Under the pieces are notes generated by a model. It worked only from the letters and a program-made list of their open reading frames with translations. It did no database searches and was not told the origin of the DNA. DNA of 63,683 nt, counting the filler, from Octopus bimaculoides (lineage: Eukaryota): the NCBI RefSeq assembly GCF_001194135.2. It is 4 parts of 4 records of this genome, joined end to end, with 100 filler letters (N's around TTAATTAATTAA, not from the genome) between each part and the next. Parts side by side here need not be neighbours in the genome. Positions count along the whole stretch, not along the records: positions 1 to 17,715 come from NC_068987.1; 3 more parts are not named here. One strand, given 5' to 3'. Every line of letters begins with the position of its first letter. Within the stretch, counting starts at the first letter, position 1. A program made the translations under genes and the position numbers. Below, piece by piece: positions 1 through 12,878 of the stretch.

Positions 1-69
<69 letters not shown>

Positions 70-70
70 G

Positions 71-103
<33 letters not shown>

Positions 104-104
104 A

Positions 105-268
105 TGTACGACGGCTTTCTTTCAGTTTCCGTCTACCAAATCAACTCACAAGGCATGAGTCGGTCTGAGGGCTATAGAAAGGTTATACGCGTCCAAGCTG
201 CCGCGCAGTGGGACTGAACTCGGTGTTCATTGGTTGGGAAGTAAACTTCTAACCATACAAGCACGCCT
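105..268 (-). mobile_element. Family B SINE 5' half, diverged, adjoining (TA)/(TG) at 1-104
   Basis: ACGACGGCTTTCTTTCAGTTTCCGTCTACCAAATC...GCAGTGGGACTGAAC. Confidence 0.75.
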
Positions 269-604
269 GATGTAGGAGAATAATAACCAGTCACAATGCC
301 AAAACGTCAGCAGTGCGACGAATATGTGACGATAGAGAGATAAATTAAGTACTCAAGAAGCTACTTCCTTAACTATTCGGATCCTAATTATTTTCATTGG
401 TCTAATTTATTGCTTAAAATGAAAAGGATCTTGAGTATATGGGACGAAGATTAGATTCAGTGTAATGTGCCGATAAATACGACAGTAATAAAAATAAACA
501 AAAACAAATTAACAAAAGTTTATATGACTTTATGACGATGTGCAAGGAAACGAAAATGAAATTTCTAATGAAAATTTATGTTAGTAAATGCTGGATTGAA
601 CGGT

Positions 605-1540
605 TTAACCGTATTATGCCTGGGATTTGGGGTGACTGTGGGGGTGGCTCTGAGAGCCCCTCTCTTGTATGGTTTATATTTTTGCGTAAGTTTTGAAACG
701 AAGCAGATTTTTCTCTGAAATTTAGTGACTTTTCCTAAAAGTTATACTATTAAATGCTCACGTAACAGATTTTGAAAAAGTAAAATATTTTCTTTCTTGC
801 CATGGAAACGACAGGAGTTGAACAGGTGGTATAAAATGATATTTCTTTGAGTTTTCTTTCTTACAAATTTGATTATACCGAAGCAATATCACCAAACAAA
901 ATTGCTAATCTTTAATAACACATGTGTTTTGAGTTGCTATGGCAATCAGATCGTTTCCACGGCAACCATGTGGTTATCATGCCAACAAGTCAGGAGTAAT
1001 TTCCAATAATAAAAAAATAAAAAATACTGACCCATCTGAGTAAAAGTGATGACGTCATCAGAAAACTATTCATATTAGTAGAGCTTCTGTTATGGAAAAA
1101 TGCTTGTCTGCTAATGATGTATATTCCTACCCAGTTTCATTATCATAACATAACTATTTCTTAAAAGTTTAGCCTCATCACAAAAATGGTGACGTCAGCT
1201 GATATTTTTAAAAGTCTTAAACATTCTTTTCTACGCAGTATCTATATCACTGCAAAATTCCATGGTCATATATCCTTAGTGATTCCGGAAAAAATTTGAA
1301 TACTATAAAAGTACTAAACCTTAACACAACTGGGTACAAGTGATGACACCAACAGAAATAGGTCGACGTCAGTAACATGTTTGTAATACAGAAATGTTTG
1401 TATATCAATGGTTTGTACATGTTTCATTGTCATAGTATTAGTGGTTCAGGAATAAAGTGGGTTGTTAGTGGTGGTGTATCTGAGATTTCTCCAAGACTTA
1501 CGGAGCTCTTAAAACCTTGAGGTTTTATAGGCCTAAGAAA
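605..1540. mobile_element. Putative non-autonomous DNA transposon with internal TGACGTCA-containing subrepeats
   Basis: Begins TTAA-CCGTATT...GGGGGTGGCTCTGAGAGCCCC, resembling piggyBac-like MITE ends; four GAYGACRYCA-like subrepeats; right end not clearly resolved. Confidence 0.3.
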
Positions 1541-1545
1541 CACTT

Positions 1546-1934
1546 GTGGAGGCTCAATGGCCCAGTGGTTACGGCAGCGGACTCGCGATAATAGGATCGC
1601 GGTTTCGATTCCCAGACAGGGAGTTATGAGTGTTTATGAGCGAAAACACCTAAAGCTCCACGAGGCTCCGGCACGGAATGGAGGCGAACCCTGCTGTACT
1701 CTTCCACCACAACTTTCTCTTACTCTTACTTCCTGTTTCTGTTGTACTTGTATTTCAAAGGGCCAGCCTTGTCACACTGTGTCACGCTGAATATCCCCGA
1801 GAACTACGTTAAGGGTACACGTGTCTGTGGAGTGCTCAGCCACTTGCACGTTAATTTATAATTTCACGAGCAGGCTGTTCCGTTGATCGGATCAATTGGA
1901 ACCCTCGACGTCGTAAGCGACGGAGTGCCAACAA
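1546..1934 (+). mobile_element. tRNA-derived SINE, family A (about 385 bp)
   Basis: A box TGGCCCAGTGG and B box GGTTTCGATTCCC; highly similar to copies at 3009, 15001 and 26328. Confidence 0.85.
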
Positions 1935-2719
1935 GAAACACTTGAACTTGNNNNNNNNNNNNNNNNNNNNNNNNNNNNNNNNNNNNNNNNNNNNNNNNNN
2001 NNNNNNNNNNNNNNNNNNNNNNNNNNNNNNNNNNNNNNNNNNNNNNNNNNNNNNNNNNNNNNNNNNNNNNNNNNNNNNNNNNNNNNNNNNNNNNNNNNNN
2101 NNNNNNNNNNNNNNNNNNNNNNNNNNNNNNNNNNNNNNNNNNNNNNNNNNNNNNNNNNNNNNNNNNNNNNNNNNNNNNNNNNNNNNNNNNNNNNNNNNNN
2201 NNNNNNNNNNNNNNNNNNNNNNNNNNNNNNNNNNNNNNNNNNNNNNNNNNNNNNNNNNNNNNNNNNNNNNNNNNNNNNNNNNNNNNNNNNNNNNNNNNNN
2301 NNNNNNNNNNNNNNNNNNNNNNNNNNNNNNNNNNNNNNNNNNNNNNNNNNNNNNNNNNNNNNNNNNNNNNNNNNNNNNNNNNNNNNNNNNNNNNNNNNNN
2401 NNNNNNNNNNNNNNNNNNNNNNNNNNNNNNNNNNNNNNNNNNNNNNNNNNNNNNNNNNNNNNNNNNNNNNNNNNNNNNNNNNNNNNNNNNNNNNNNNNNN
2501 NNNNNNNNNNNNNNNNNNNNNNGACAACCAGTGTTGGTATGTTTATGTCCCCGTATCTTGGCGGTTCGGTAAAGGAGACTGATAGAATAAGTATCAGAGT
2601 TTTAAAAATGTAAGTACTGGGGTCGATTCATTCAGCTAAAATTCTTCGAGCGATGCCCCAGCATGGTCGTAGTCAAATGACTTAAACAAGTAATAGATAG
2701 AATATGAAGCTTAATATCG

Positions 2720-2955
2720 GTTTGAAATTTTAACACAAGGCCAGCAATTCCGAGTGACTGGGTAAGTTAATTACATCGACCCCAGTGTGTAACTTGTACT
2801 TATTTTATCGNNNNNNNNNNACTTATTTTATCGACCCCGAAACAAGGAAAGGCAAAGTCGACTTCGGTGGAATTTGAACTCAGAACGTACAAACGGACGA
2901 AATACAGCTAAGCCTTTTGCCCTCCGTGCTAACAATTCCGCCAGCTTGTCGCCTG
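2720..2955 (-). mobile_element. Family C SINE. Further copies at about 4285-4505(-), 6775-6992(-), 20486-20642(+), 20845-21045(+), 27915-28125(-), 30735-30935(+), 31380-31522(+), 42825-43045(+), 45265-45465(+), 54950-55140(-)
   Basis: Shared motif GAGTTCAAATTCCGCCGAGGTCGACTTTGCCTTTCATCCTTTCGGGGTCGATAAAATAAGTACCAG in each copy. Confidence 0.8.
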
Positions 2956-3008
2956 CATCAAGTTTAATATTCAGTGTAATCCATTTCACAGTTCCTTTTT
3001 GTACCTCA

Positions 3009-3286
3009 GTGGAGGCGCAATGGCCGTGGTTAGGGCAGCGGACTCGCGGTCATAGGATCGCGGTTTCGATTCCCAGACCGGGCGTTGTGAGTGTTTATTG
3101 AGCGAAAACACCTAAAAGCTCCACGAGGCTCCGGCAGGGAATGGTGGCGAACCCTGCTGTACTCTTTCACCACAACTTTCTCTCACTCCTACTTCCTGTT
3201 TCTGTTGTGCCTGTAATTCAAAAGGGTCAGCCTTGTCACACTGTGTCACGCTGAATATCCCCGAGAACTACGTTAAGGGTGCACGT
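3009..3286 (+). mobile_element. tRNA-derived SINE, family A (truncated by gap)
   Basis: Same head and body as the other family A copies. Confidence 0.85.
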
Positions 3287-4022
3287 NNNNNNNNNNNNNN
3301 NNNNNNNNNNNNNNNNNNNNNNNNNNNNNNNNNNNNNNNNNNNNNNNNNNNNNNNNNNNNNNNNNNNNNNNNNNNNNNNNNNNNNNNNNNNNNNNNNNNN
3401 NNNNNNNNNNNNNNNNNNNNNNNNNNNNNNNNNNNNNNNNNNNNNNNNNNNNNNNNNNNNNNNNNNNNNNNNNNNNNNNNNNNNNNNNNNNNNNNNNNNN
3501 NNNNNNNNNNNNNNNNNNNNNNNNNNNNNNNNNNNNNNNNNNNNNNNNNNNNNNNNNNNNNNNNNNNNNNNNNNNNNNNNNNNNNNNNNNNNNNNNNNNN
3601 NNNNNNNNNNNNNNNNNNNNNNNNNNNNNNNNNNNNNNNNNNNNNNNNNNNNNNNNNNNNNNNNNNNNNNNNNNNNNNNNNNNNNNNNNNNNNNNNNNNN
3701 NNNNNNNNNNNNNNNNNNNNNNNNNNNNNNNNNNNNNNNNNNNNNNNNNNNNNNNNNNNNNNNNNNNNNNNNNNNNNNNNNNNNNNNNNNNNNNNNNNNN
3801 NNNNNNNNNNNNNNNNNNNNNNNNNNNNNNNNNNNNNNNNNNNNNNNNNNNNNNNNNNNNNNNNNNNNNNNNNNNNNNNNNNNNNNNNNNNNNNNNNNNN
3901 NNNNNNNNNNNNNNNNNNNNNNNNNNNNNNNNNNNNNNNNNNNNNNNNNNNNNNNNNNNNNNNNNNNNNNNNNNNNNNNNNNNNNNNNNNNNNNNNNNNN
4001 NNNNNNNNNNNNNNNNNNNNNN

Positions 4023-4083
4023 TAAACACACCAGCATATGTTGTCAAGCGATGTTGGGGGGACAAACAGACACACAAACATAT

Positions 4084-4120
<37 letters not shown>

Positions 4121-4278
4121 ACGGGCTTCTTTCAGTTTCCGTCTACCAAATCCACTCACAAGGCTTTGGTCGGCCCGAGGCTATAGTAGAAGACACTTGC
4201 CCAAGGTGCCACGCAGTGGGACTAAACCCGGAACCATGTGGTTGGTAAGCAAGCTACTTACCACACAGCCACTCCTAC
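4023..4278 (-). mobile_element. Family B SINE (running into a gap)
   Basis: Reverse complement of the 8208 and 11776 copies. Confidence 0.85.
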
Positions 4279-4833
4279 GCTTATAATATTGATTTCAAAT
4301 ATTCACACAGAGCCAGCAATTTTGGGAGAAGCGATGAGTCGATTACATAGACACCAGCACTCAATTGGTACTTATTTTATCGACACCGAAAGGATGAAAG
4401 GTAAAGTCGACCTTGGTGGAATTTGAAATCAGAATGCAAAGACGGACGACTTACCGCTGAGCATTTTGCTCGGCGTTTGCTAACGATTCTACCAGCTCTC
4501 CTCCTTCTATTATGCTGATAATAATATTGTTGTTGTTACGAGTTAGGTATTTAAAATTTGATGGGTTGGTGGTGGTGCTGATTGTATTGGTTTTGGTGTT
4601 TCTTGATGATGGAAGAGTATCATCGGCGTGAGCGGTGGCCATATTGTTCTTGTTAATTGTATTGTTGTTACTGTTTAGTCTCAAGTCAATCCTCATTGAC
4701 CAAAGATCAAAAAGCATTTCATTGAATTTTTAAAGAGCACCAGGGTACCGTATTATCTTATCTCATTGTCTTTCATTTTAAATGGAGTTTGCTTATCTTG
4801 CTGTTTTTCTTTGTTTTGTTTGTTTTTTGGGGG

Positions 4834-4864
<31 letters not shown>

Positions 4865-4980
4865 TTGACGGCGGCGGCGGTGGTAGTGGTGGTGGTCATT
4901 AAGGGGTTGCTGGTTCTAATTGCTTTGATGTTGATTGGGTTGTGTCGGTGTTAATGAGAAGTAGTGGTAACGATGAAGGC

Positions 4981-4991
4981 TGATAGATAGA

Positions 4992-5081
<90 letters not shown>

Positions 5082-5300
5082 GTTAGGTAGGTAGGTAGGT
5101 AGGTAGGTAGGTAGAGAAATAGGGAAGTAGATAGATACATACATACACACATACGCGCATACATACATACATACATTCATACATACACACATATGTACGT
5201 ACGTATGTACATACATACATACATACATACATACATACATTGTTATGCATGTAGGTGTGGTATGTATGTATGTATGTATGTATGTATGTATGTATGTATG
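4981..5300. repeat. Compound tetranucleotide microsatellite (GATA/GACA/GGTA/CATA/TATG)
   Basis: Direct reading. Confidence 0.95.
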
Positions 5301-5649
5301 TATAATGATTATAGTTTTCAAATTCTTAATTTAGCTACAACGCCGAGAAGTGGTATTTTTCGCTAAGAAGAACCTCTAGTTTAAAATAGTTAAAATTAAT
5401 CCGAGTTTTTGAGAACGAAATTATAAACCGCATCATGAAATTAACTCATACTTTTACAATTTCCGTAACCACAAAATCCTGTGGGTGTGACGCCCAGGAT
5501 GCCTAATTTTGTTTCAGTGGCTTTCTATAAAAAGTCAACGTCTTGTACAAGTGGTTAATTATGAGGTCTCTTCCTTGTGTTTTCCTGTTATGTAGGTTTC
5601 TCACAGGATTGGTGGAAATTTCAACGTTAATTTTTAGATTTTATTGTTG

Positions 5650-6510
5650 ATATTGATACAATATTCTTAATATATTGTGGCTAACCACATTGCATGACGA
5701 TTAAAATCATTCCTTTCGTTCCAGTTCTTAAACAAAAATGATTTTAGATCTTCCCAGGAAGCGGTCATTTCTGTTATGGCATATTTTCGTTTATACCCCT
5801 GTATACAGCTTGTGGTATAGAAGCAAATTTGTGGTTTAAATTGGTTCATAGTAACATGCCTTTCTGCAAGCAGAGTTTTCGCTCTGCATCTTGGACTTTA
5901 TGTTCCAGAAGTATTCATTTTCCTTCACGATTTAAAGTAGAATCTCTGAATACTTTTGTTAATTTCCCCATGAGGTACCGTTGATGTGCTGTGGACTAAT
6001 CGCTCACTGTACACTTTATAATGGCATTTAACTGCCCTAATCTGCAGCGCAAATTCTTTATGTTTTCTTCGAGGGTCATTAACCATCTGGATTCCTTATA
6101 ATGAGTTGTTTCATTGCCGCACGCTTTGTAAATATCTCCTAGATGTTCCTTCAGAATAACCGCAGCCTAATACAGGCAGGTAATGATATTCCATAAGTTC
6201 TTTTGCATTTTTTATCTCCAGGGGTATCATCAATGACATTTGACATAAGAAGGGTTGATCTTTCTTCGACTTTTGTCAAGAAGGGTCTGGTACTTAATGT
6301 TAAAAAAAAACTGGAAAAATTGTCTTCAAACTGTGGTTGTAAGATGTCTTTTTCAGCGGCATATATTCTACTGTTGTTTTCATCAGGTTTGTGAGCAGAG
6401 ATACCGATCTGAGAGAACTGTGTGACGATGCTATTGACGTCAGTTTGTTTACATTCGCGAACGGCCACTGGCAATTTTGACTGTTTTGAATACTGTCGGA
6501 AAGATGACAA
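5650..6510 (-). mobile_element. Degenerate R4/Dong-like LINE fragment (region upstream of RT)
   Basis: Broken frames read RPFLTKV...RWLMTLEENIKNLRCRLGQL...NHKFASIPQAVYRGIN...WEDLKSFLFKNWNERNDFNRHAMWL, resembling from memory the PPWxxRLExxIxxLR and FWxxIW segments of R4-clade ORFs. No search run. Confidence 0.5.
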
Positions 6511-7866
6511 GCATTACAGGAATCAGAATATTGATTGCTATCTGTGAGATCCATTTTTCAGCCCTAGAAAGATGCCTGTTGTTGCAATTGTTTAGCTTTA
6601 ATAGGGCTTAAGTTTCAGCTGGATTTGTCCAAGAATTATTAACCGCCTCATCTAGCCGGTAGCGGGATTTTCTTAAGTTTTCTCTACAACATGAAAGAAC
6701 ACTCGGATTTAATTACAAATACCTACTGAAATGAAGACATGTTTTCTAACATATCTCATTGGTATGGGGAAAATATTGGTTTCAAATTTTGGCACAAGGC
6801 CAGCAATTTTGGAGGGAGGGAGTAAGTCCATTACATCGACCCCAGTGTTCAACTGGTACTCATTTTATGGAACCCGAAAGGACGAAAGACAAAGTCGACC
6901 TCGGCGGAAATTGAACTCAGAGCGTACAGACGGACGAAATGCCGCTAAGCATATTTCCAGGTGCGGCAACAATTCTGCCAGCTCGTCGCCTTACTGGGGT
7001 GTGGCAGAAACATTGATGTGCGATTTGCTGATGTTGAATAGATGTCAGCCGTGACTGTGTAAACGAAATTCCTTGTGACTGAAAATATTTTTAATCTGAC
7101 GCAAAGTTGGCGAATAAAAGGTATTTCACTTATTTGTAAAAGAAGGGGGGAAAAATAAACATGTACTGATCTAGGTTTCTGTAGGTTGGCTTAGTTAGAG
7201 GGAGAAACGTTTGAAAATATATTTTAGAACCTTCTCTACGCCAGCACGTCTGTTGCTGATGGCATGTTATGTATGTATGGATGGATGGATGGATATTGCC
7301 TTTTATGTTTGTATGTGTTATATATTTATGTATGTAACCATCAAAATAGTGTAAATCCGACCATGCTGATTCTCTGTGAAGAAATCGAAATCAACACACA
7401 GCAAATCAAGAAAGCACTCGTTTATTCTCTTGTGCTTTTCCACTGATGGCAGCAATCAATTATCAAGGTCTCCAGAGATAGGTACTTAGAGCTGCAGTGG
7501 CTTGTCTTTTGAAAACAAACTATTATTACTGTAGAGCTTCGCCTTAACTCAGCCTTTATATCGAGGGTTTGTGATACTCTCTTTCTAAAACTATCCCAGC
7601 CTGGATTATTTCACTGTTTATACTGACATAGTGTATCTTAGATTACATTTCCTCATGCGTCATTATGTTTTGTATAATCGTAGCGTCTGGTATGTGGGAT
7701 ATTTGGCTACTATTTTTAGCGACTACATCATTGGTTCATTAAAAATTTAGTGTCTTGGTCATTCACACGATGCAGTGCCTGTGGGAGAATACGAAACATT
7801 GATCCCACAAACCCTAAACAGTCACCCTATCGATTCAACCAAGTATAACATTCTCCTCACTCTCTC

Positions 7867-7899
<33 letters not shown>

Positions 7900-8147
7900 G
7901 TCTATCTGTCTATCTTTCTCTCAATGTCTATTTCCAGCATAATCATAAGAACGTAATGTGATGTATTGGCAGAATCTTAAGAGCATCAGATGGAATACAT
8001 CGCGGCAGTTTTTCTGGCTCTCTGCACCCCTAGTTCAAATCTCATCGAAGTCGACTTTATATCTAGGGAGATAGAGAGATAGAGAGATAGAGAGATAGAG
8101 AGATAGAGAGATAGACAAACACACGCACACACACATACATGTATACG

Positions 8148-8178
<31 letters not shown>

Positions 8179-8207
8179 ATATAATATAATATAATATAAT
8201 ATAATAT

Positions 8208-8370
8208 AGGCGCAGGAGTGGCTGTGTGGTAAGTAGCTTGCTTACCAACCACATGGTTCCGGGTTCAGTCCCACTGCGTGGCACCTTGGGCAAGTGTCTT
8301 CTACTATAGCCTCGGGCCGACCAAAGCCTTGTGAGTGGATTTGGTAGACGGAAACTGAAAGAAGCCCGTC

Positions 8371-8463
<93 letters not shown>

Positions 8464-8465
8464 TT
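8208..8465 (+). mobile_element. Family B SINE 5' half with expanded (TA)n/(TATG)n
   Basis: GGCGCAGGAGTGGCTGTGTGGTAAG...CCTTGGGCAAGTGTC...GAAGCCCGTCG followed by (TA)n. Confidence 0.85.
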
Positions 8466-11400
8466 TATCTGTCTCGCTCTCTTTCACTGTCTTCCTCTCT
8501 CAAAATGTAAGATCCATCCTTGTTACGTATCATAACACATTGATTTAATCTGAGAGTTATGATCTGAGTACAAGTGTCAGTTGTATACTCGGCCGCTTAC
8601 ACGTTAATTTCACGAGTAGAAATTTAGTCGGTCGAACAGTTGAAAACTTATAGAATACTACACCGACGAAAGATGCACCGCAAGACCACACACTTTTAAT
8701 AACGGATGCAGTCTATTAAGTCGACACTAGTACATGACAAGTACTTATTTCATATACCCAACGAAAGATGATAGAGATAATTGAACCAGGCCGGAATCGA
8801 ACTGTAACGACCGTGCGACCAGGAGATGGTGACGAGGAATGGCGCCTTTAGCGTATCGCACGGTCGACACAAATATGAAACAAGAGGTTAAATGAGTATA
8901 AGTGCCAAGAAGGAAAAGAGAGAGAGAGACACAACCGGTAAAAGGTATAAGAGAATGGTTTTATTGGTTGTCAGCTAGAATGTCTGTGTGTGTGAGAGTG
9001 CGACATAATAAAACACAATAATAGACAGGCCGTCATGCATACAAAGTGTATGTGTATACAAACATGTGTATGTGTGTGTGAGAGATACAGAGCATAGAAA
9101 AGGACGTTAGAAGAAATTCCAGGCACAAGGATGGGAAATACCTGTTCGTATCCAATGGTACACTGTAGTTGAAGTGCTGTACCAAGAAGTTGTGGCGGCA
9201 AGGCAGAGCCGAAGAGACACATATCGTGAGAAGTTGAAGCTTCAATGCCGCGGCCGGTTACTAGGTACAGGAGTTCTCGGAGGTTGCATTCGCTGTTAAC
9301 CATGGTGAAGTATTTCACAAACAGCGTGGAGAAATGCTGTGCAAGCGTTGCTGGTTGGGATGTACATAGAGAAGTTGGTGTAGAAGCTGGCGGTGGCGAC
9401 GAAAGAGTTTGCAGTNNNNNNNNNNNNNNNNNNNNNNNNNNNNNNNNNNNNNNNNNNNNNNNNNNNNNNNNNNNNNNNNNNNNNNNNNNNNNNNNNNNNN
9501 NNNNNNNNNNNNNNNNNNNNNNNNNNNNNNNNNNNNNNNNNNNNNNNNNNNTAGACATCAGAAGGTCTAGAGCCAGACTGAGAAACAGGACGATGGAAAG
9601 CTAGATTTTATACCATACTATCGGCTCAACTGGGGTTCAAAAAAACTGTCCCACGCGACCTTATCTGAAGGCGGCGATTGGTTGGGTTGCACCTCGGCGC
9701 GAGATAGAACAAGAGACAAAAATACACCAATACCAACCAATCAGAGTGATGGATACAACAGGGTCCAAAGATGCGGTCGAAGACTAGCTGTTATCCGCTA
9801 CGTCCGTACTCATGTATATATAACAGAGAGAGAGAGAGAGAGAGAGAGAAGCACGCTGCAGAACTCAGAATACACAGGAACGTAACTAAATCCCATAAGT
9901 CGAAAGGTCAGGTACTCTACCGTTCACTCTGTAGAAGATATAAACACCCACCTGGACTTATCGTATTTTACTCGTTTCTTAAGTAAATAAGCAAAAAAAA
10001 CTGGTCGTCAAATATTCATGCATAACCATTGCTGACTGTTCCGAACGGACATCCATACATCAGAGTATCTACGGAGTCATTTATATATATTAATTCAAGT
10101 AAATATAAATTCAAAGTGTTCTCTTTTTTTAATGGCATTAATAGCATCAATGTCTCTGATCTAAGAGGGACTACGAAGGTCAGAGGTCGTATCCCCTTTA
10201 ACTGATTTAGCAAATGAAAAACGAACAGTTGATTCGAAAATCCCAGCGTTTAATTCTCTGTTTTGTTGATCACTGAATGCAGTAAGGCATAATCGGTCAT
10301 AATCGGGAACTTTTTTTAATTTTTTATCTATTTATTTATTTATTAGATACAGAACTTTATTTATTAATAAATGCTTTGAAAAGACGAGAAAAAAAAAAAG
10401 AAAAAAAGGTGGAAAGCAGCGGAAGACAGAAGGGAAGAGGAGAGGATCCACATATCCGAAAACAAGTGGAGTACTCAGCCGCGCCCCGCGATATTAACTG
10501 CAATGGTATTGTGTTGTCACAGAGAATGGCCAGCAACACTCGCTGCAGTTATGACTCCACCTTTCAGAGCTCATTTCTGCCACGGGCTGCTGTTGTCCCT
10601 ATTTTGCGGAGGAAATCGGTAGTAGGGGGTCCCAGAACACCTGACGTCACGACAGCGACCGGCACAAACTGATGGCGGCTGGTCAGGCTCCTAATGTCCT
10701 GAATATTGTTACCAAGTATAATTTTGAAAATATACTATATATCAGTCATGTTATGTCATATCACTCTACTTGCGTGGCTATCATTCAACAAAGATTCCAT
10801 CATCGTTACTAAAGTAACGTAGAGTTAGTGATTCTGGAGACCTGCAGCAGATTTCTATTTGGTTTCTCTTCTTTACATATGCAAACGTATTCCAAAAGAA
10901 TATTCTGTCAAAAGGATATTCTGTCAACTCGAGGGCCTGAATAGGTGCACAATGTATCTTGGAGTAATCTCCACAACGCAAATACACAACGTGTATATGT
11001 TATGTATATGTAGTCGATAATGTTTGTTACTTAAGCATTGCTGTCTATTTCATATTTGAAATATATATATATCAAAGGGAATTACGACCATATTACAAAG
11101 CCTTACTGCACTCTTAGTCAAATCATATATCTGAGGAAATTTATGCATTCTTTGAAGCTCTGCCGAGAGCTTCAGTGTAAAGTTTATCTTCTGTGACCAT
11201 ACCAAAAGTTCCTATTTCGTAAAGCGAGAACACCAGTGTGCTGTTACCTAGAAACCATTGCTTTCATTTGGATATGTTTTTATGATTTAAATGCTTGGGT
11301 ACGTATGCTAGTTCATGTAACTATATAATCACTTGGTCGCTTTTCATTGATTGAATTTTCTCAATCATTTTCCAGTTCAGGCCCTTGGCAGAAGCCGGTC

Positions 11401-11775
11401 TTTGCAGCACATTTCTTCATGGCAGGTTTTTTTTTCTTTTTTCTTTTTTTTTTTTCAAGCGTACAACATCTTTTCATTCACACTGTTTTTCTTCGCTGCA
11501 GCGCTATTGTCTGAAGTCATCCCAAACGCAATAACTTTCAGGAATAAAGTAGTGTCATATTCTAATATTTCTGCTAATGGCGCCATGAGGATGAAATATT
11601 TTCATTTATAATACTTAGAAAGTGAATACGATGAAAGCTAGACAGCTTTTCTTCATTAATATATATATTAACAGACAAGCGGTTCCATAAATACAAATGG
11701 TTGACGCAACTGTAAGTACGTAGTTTTTTAAGGCTACACTTCAAAATACAACTTAGGAAGTTTGTAAAAGTACAC

Positions 11776-11947
11776 TGGTTGTGTGGTAAGTAGCAACCAA
11801 CCACATGGTTCCGGGTTCAGTCCCACTGCGTGGCACCTTGAGCAAGTATCTTCTACTATAGCCACGGGACGACCAAAGCCTTGTGAGTGGATTTGGTAGA
11901 CGGAAACGGAAAGAAGCCTGTCGTATATATATGTGTGTGTGTGTGCG

Positions 11948-12005
<58 letters not shown>

Positions 12006-12197
12006 TGCGTTTATCACCCCACCATCGTTTGACAACCGATGTTGGTGTGTTCACGTTCCCGTAACTTAGCGGTTAGGCAAAAAGAGACCGGTAGAATAAG
12101 TACTAGGCTTACAAAGAATAAGTCCTGGGGTCGATTTGTTCGACTAAAGGTGGTGCTCCAGCATGGATGCAGTCAAATGACTGAAACAAATAAAAGA
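11776..12197 (+). mobile_element. Composite tRNA/CORE-like SINE, family B, with internal (TA)/(TG) microsatellite
   Basis: Head TGTGTGGTAAG...GGTTCAGTCCC, CORE-like CACCTTGAGCAAGT, internal microsatellite, and a 3' part ending GCAGTCAAATGACTGAAACAAATAAAAG. Confidence 0.85.
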
Positions 12198-12720
12198 GAA
12201 ACGCGGGGTAGATAAAACAGGGGACAACTGATGAAGGGAATGTTCTTTATGTTGAACGTCTCGTTTCCCTGTTTTTTATTCTTTCGTTGTTCGAAAAATA
12301 GTCTCTTTTCTATGTTTTTGTTTTTTATGTTTTCGTTTTTCAGTGTGCCTACGTTTTTTTATGTCCTGTACCCATATATGCATGTGTATATACATATATA
12401 TGTAGGTATGTACATATAGGTATGTATATATGAATATATTTTTATATTATATATATATATATGGGAACCTTCGAAACGCGGAGTAGATGGAACAGGTACA
12501 ACTGACGAAGGGGTATACTCTTTATGTTGCATGTCTCGTTTCTCTGTTTGTTTGTTTTTTCGTTGTTCGAAAAATGTTCGTTTTCTGTTTTCGGTTTATG
12601 CTTTCGTTTCTCATTATGTTTCTTTTTTTTATGTCCTATACCTATATATGCATGTATGTATACATATAGATATAGGTATGTACATATATGTATAGATATA
12701 TGCATATATTTATATATTAT
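12198..12720 (+). repeat. Two diverged direct repeats (period 274 bp) carrying hammerhead-like boxes
   Basis: GAAACGCGG(G/A)GTAGAT...ACAACTGA(T/C)GAAGGG...CTTTATGTTG...TCTCGTTT at 12198 and 12473. Confidence 0.8.
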
Positions 12721-12878
12721 TTATATTCAATATATATAATTTAGAGAAAAAACACTATTAAACAATTCAATAATGAAGAATGTAATTCATACCCTCCAGA
12801 AAATAAATATATCATAAAAAACTTATTCTAAAAATCAATAAAGTACATAAAATAATAACTAGTAAATGGTATAAAAAT

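Noticed and set aside
1546-1630. tRNA gene calls for A-box/B-box heads (also 3009, 8208, 15001, 26328, 62737)
   Set aside because: They continue into shared SINE bodies, have TSDs, and lack a proper acceptor stem.
1892-4186. Long ORFs made mostly of X (also at 13006, 15822, 21791, 27017, 40595, 43600, 58683)
   Set aside because: They are artefacts of N runs lacking stop codons.
4899-5321. ORFs of repeating IHTY, VCLS, YI, HT, N or I residues throughout the window
   Set aside because: Translations of microsatellites; no domain signal or splice context.
8803-10740. Possible solo LTR or LTR-like element starting TGTAACG (a similar TGTAG...CTACA at 56932-57261)
   Set aside because: No matching terminal CA with TSD, no PBS or PPT, and no second LTR could be confirmed.
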